Below are positions 61,220 through 64,000 of a stretch of DNA of 64,000 bases, piece after piece. The notes below the pieces were generated by a model. That model saw only the letters and a list, made by a program, of their open reading frames with translations, was not told the origin of the DNA and made no database searches. A program made the translations under genes and the position numbers. The stretch is from Isurus oxyrinchus (lineage: Eukaryota). How positions within the stretch are numbered: position 1 is the stretch's first letter; the number at the start of each line of letters is the position of its first letter. The stretch is taken from positions 37,510,001-37,574,000 of the forward strand of contig JANJGN010000026.1 of NCBI GenBank assembly GCA_026770705.1, written 5' to 3'.

Positions 61220-62574
61220 ATTCACAAGTGACTGTAGAGGTTGGTTTCAGCATTTTTTGCTGCTGCTAATCATATTCAGGATTGAATTCTTTCATTCTGA
61301 CATTTGGGTCTGTTTCTGCAGATTTTAATGGACTGCTGTTTAATATTTTGGATAAATGTCGAATAGAATGTCAAACTTTGTTTTAAACACATTATTGTAG
61401 ATTTTTGTCTTTCCCTCCTAAGTGTTTAACATCACCTGGCTGGGGCTCAGAAAGGACAATCTGGGGGAGGAACTTACGGATGGAACAGAACTTCAGCCTG
61501 GACACAGTCCTTCAGGGTCACACTGAGGGGGACAAACGGCACTTTGGTCTTTCTCATCTTTCTTCACTGACAGCAAAACCCACATGTGGATTAATCCTGA
61601 GGTGTGTAAGAAATGTGCCACAGCCACTTCTGTGCAGTACATACAGTCTAAAAATGACCAAGGTCAGGCTACGAGGAGTCCAAGTCCATATAGAAAAGTA
61701 GATGGAAAAATACAAACTCGCTGCAAATCTAACCCTCTGATTTCTGGTTTGTAACTATCGTGGTTCAAACCTCCTAGGCACAACTGTGGTTGTTCTGCCT
61801 GAGTCAGGCAGACTGGAAACGTGCTGTTAAATCAGAGATTGATGTAAAACTTGCTGTTAAATCAGAGATTGATGTAAAACTGTGCTCTGTTCCTGACTGA
61901 AACTTAAACACCAGGATTACGTTTCCAGTTTAAAAGTGACTGTGATTATTCTGTGAAGTTTTAAAGATGTTCTAGTGACAATTCTGAATCTACCACCTTA
62001 AGCCAACATCAACAACAACTTATATTGATATAGCACCTTTTACATAGTAAAATGCAGTTAAATATATAGTTTAAAGCATGTACTAAAATAACACATGGAG
62101 GAGTTCACAGGATCCTGTTAAATGCTGGGACAATTATACAACAAAACATTTGATTTCCAGATAATGAAGAACCTGCAGCATGTTTCCAGGAATTCCCTGT
62201 TTTATTCATGTGTGCATTTTGGTTCCAAGGATTTTGTTGCAGTCTGCTCAGTATTAACTGCATCAGGTCCTTGTGTCCTTGTTCAGTCTGCAACAGAATT
62301 AAAGATTTAATGAACTGTGGTGCAAAGTTTTGTTGATTGGGAATTCTTATCAGTGATTTACTGCAATTCTGCTCCTAAATTTTAAAATTGGAGTTTCATT
62401 TTCTGAGTCCAAATCATTTACGTAAGTTGTGAATAACAGGGATCCCACCATTGCTCTCTGTGAAACACCACTTCTCACCTTTTACCAGTCTGAGTAGCTA
62501 CTCTTAACCTCTTCTCTCTGTTTTCTATTTTGTCACCTGCTTGCTTTCCATAACAGGGTGTACAATCTACAAGG

Positions 62575-62910
62575 TGACCAAGTAATTCACCAAGGCTCCT
62601 TCAACAACACCTTTCAAACCCATGACGACTACATTCTGGAAGGACAAGGGCAGCAGTTTGTGGGAACACCACCACTTGGAAGTTCCCCTCCAAGTCACTC
62701 ACGAACCTGACCTGGAAATATATCACCGTTCCTTCACTGTCACTGGGTCAAAATCCTGGAACTCCCTCCCTAATAGCACTGTGGGTGCACCTACACCACA
62801 GGGACTGCAGTAGTTCAAGAAAGCAGCTCACCACCAGCTTCTCAAGGGCAACGAGGGATGGGCAATAAATGCTGACCCAGCCAGCGAAGCCCACGTCATG
62901 TGAATGAAAA
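62575..62910 (+). mobile_element. Shark LINE/SINE 3'-end fragment
   Basis: CACTGTCACTGGGTCAAAATCCTGGAACTCCCTCCCTAA...CACCACC..CTTCTCAAGGGCAA...GGGCAATAAATGCTG, also at 59790-59950. Confidence 0.7.
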
Positions 62911-64000
62911 ATATCAGGTGATGTGGAGGGAAGGGCCAGACAGCAGAATGGATGGAAAGGTGGCTACAACACCAAAATCAGAGGGTTAGATTTACAGGGA
63001 GTTTGTAGCCATCTTTCCATCCATTTTGCTGTGTGGCATGACCTTCACCCAGACCATCAATATAAAGGGAATTAGCATCATCTGTAATGCCAGCAGGAAA
63101 GTAGAGGCTGCAATGAGCCAAGGATATTGTCCTGTATTGTGTAAAAACTCCCATCAGGGTTTATCACCCGTGGTGATCATAGACCACTCAATATCTATTG
63201 ACCACAACTTTTTAATGCTGCTTCTGACCAAGGTGTTGTTCATTATAAATTTAAGGTTCAGAGAAAGTGGTGGCATCCGATGGTCAAAACTGCTCGCAGT
63301 CCCTGGAGCTTAATGTTTACATGAATTTCTATAACTTTTTGGTCCTGACAGATGCTGATACTTTATCCCCAGTCTCAGTCAGGTTGGCTGGTGTGAGGCA
63401 AAACCTTGTCCACCTGATTGGGAGGAAGTGTACCTGTGTGGTTTTGTGTATGTGTGGCTGGCTTTGTATGTATGTGTGTGTGTCTGTGTTGGGTGGTGGG
63501 GATTGGGGGGGGGGGGGGGGGGGGGGGTGGGGGGGTGGTGGGCGTGGGGGGGAGTGGGGGGGTGGGGGGGAGTGGGGGGGGATGGTGGTGATGTGGCGGT
63601 GTTGGTCTCAGTGTGTGTGTAAAACCAGGAACCTGTGCAACCACTAGGTCCCACTTCCTTTATAGCAACATGAAGAGTTTTTTCCCACAACCCTTCATTT
63701 TGCTTCACTATTATCTTCAGACAGTTCACAAGTTCCTTGTATACAACATCCTCCAACACACCTGTGGTCTCCATTTTAAATGCTTCCATTGACCTTTCCA
63801 ACAGATAGCAATGGGATTGCTGCTACCATAGGATTCAGTTCTGAGATACTTCCATTCTGATGTTTTTTTATTCCTTCACGGGATGTGGGCTTCGCTGACT
63901 AGGCCAGCATTTATTACCCATCACTAATTGCCCTTGAGAAGGTGGTGGTGAGCTGCCATCTGGAACTGTTGCTGTCCACGAGGTGCAGGTACGCCCAAAG

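Noticed and set aside
61823-61882. Two direct copies of a 30-bp sequence
   Set aside because: Simple local duplication with no functional cue.

Overview
Eukaryotic (vertebrate) DNA, almost certainly a cartilaginous fish (shark): shark-type IgM-like VH, CR1/Penelope/RTE retroelements and tRNA-derived SINEs. 0-12.7 kb is an array of about 11 T-cell receptor alpha/delta-type V segments in both orientations, most with a leader exon, V exon and 23/24-spacer RSS. Only one is clearly intact, and a tRNA-Leu(AAG) gene sits among them. 13-35 kb is mostly LINE/SINE/minisatellite. 36.2-38.7 kb is an immunoglobulin heavy-chain minilocus of unusual build: an intact leader-VH with 23-RSS, then one 12-RSS followed by an already-joined D-J segment, a 703-bp intron with no constant-domain exon, and the IgH membrane exons TM1/TM2 with polyA signals. 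All splice phases are compatible, predicting a rearranging single-V, membrane-anchored receptor. The upstream TCR V segments could in principle also join to this DJ. 42.7-57.9 kb holds decayed tRNA genes and a tandem tRNA-Val array with a ~5-kb higher-order repeat. 59-61.2 kb is a CpG-rich promoter-like region and a frameshifted C2H2 zinc-finger gene. Coordinates were read by eye; repeat boundaries are approximate.
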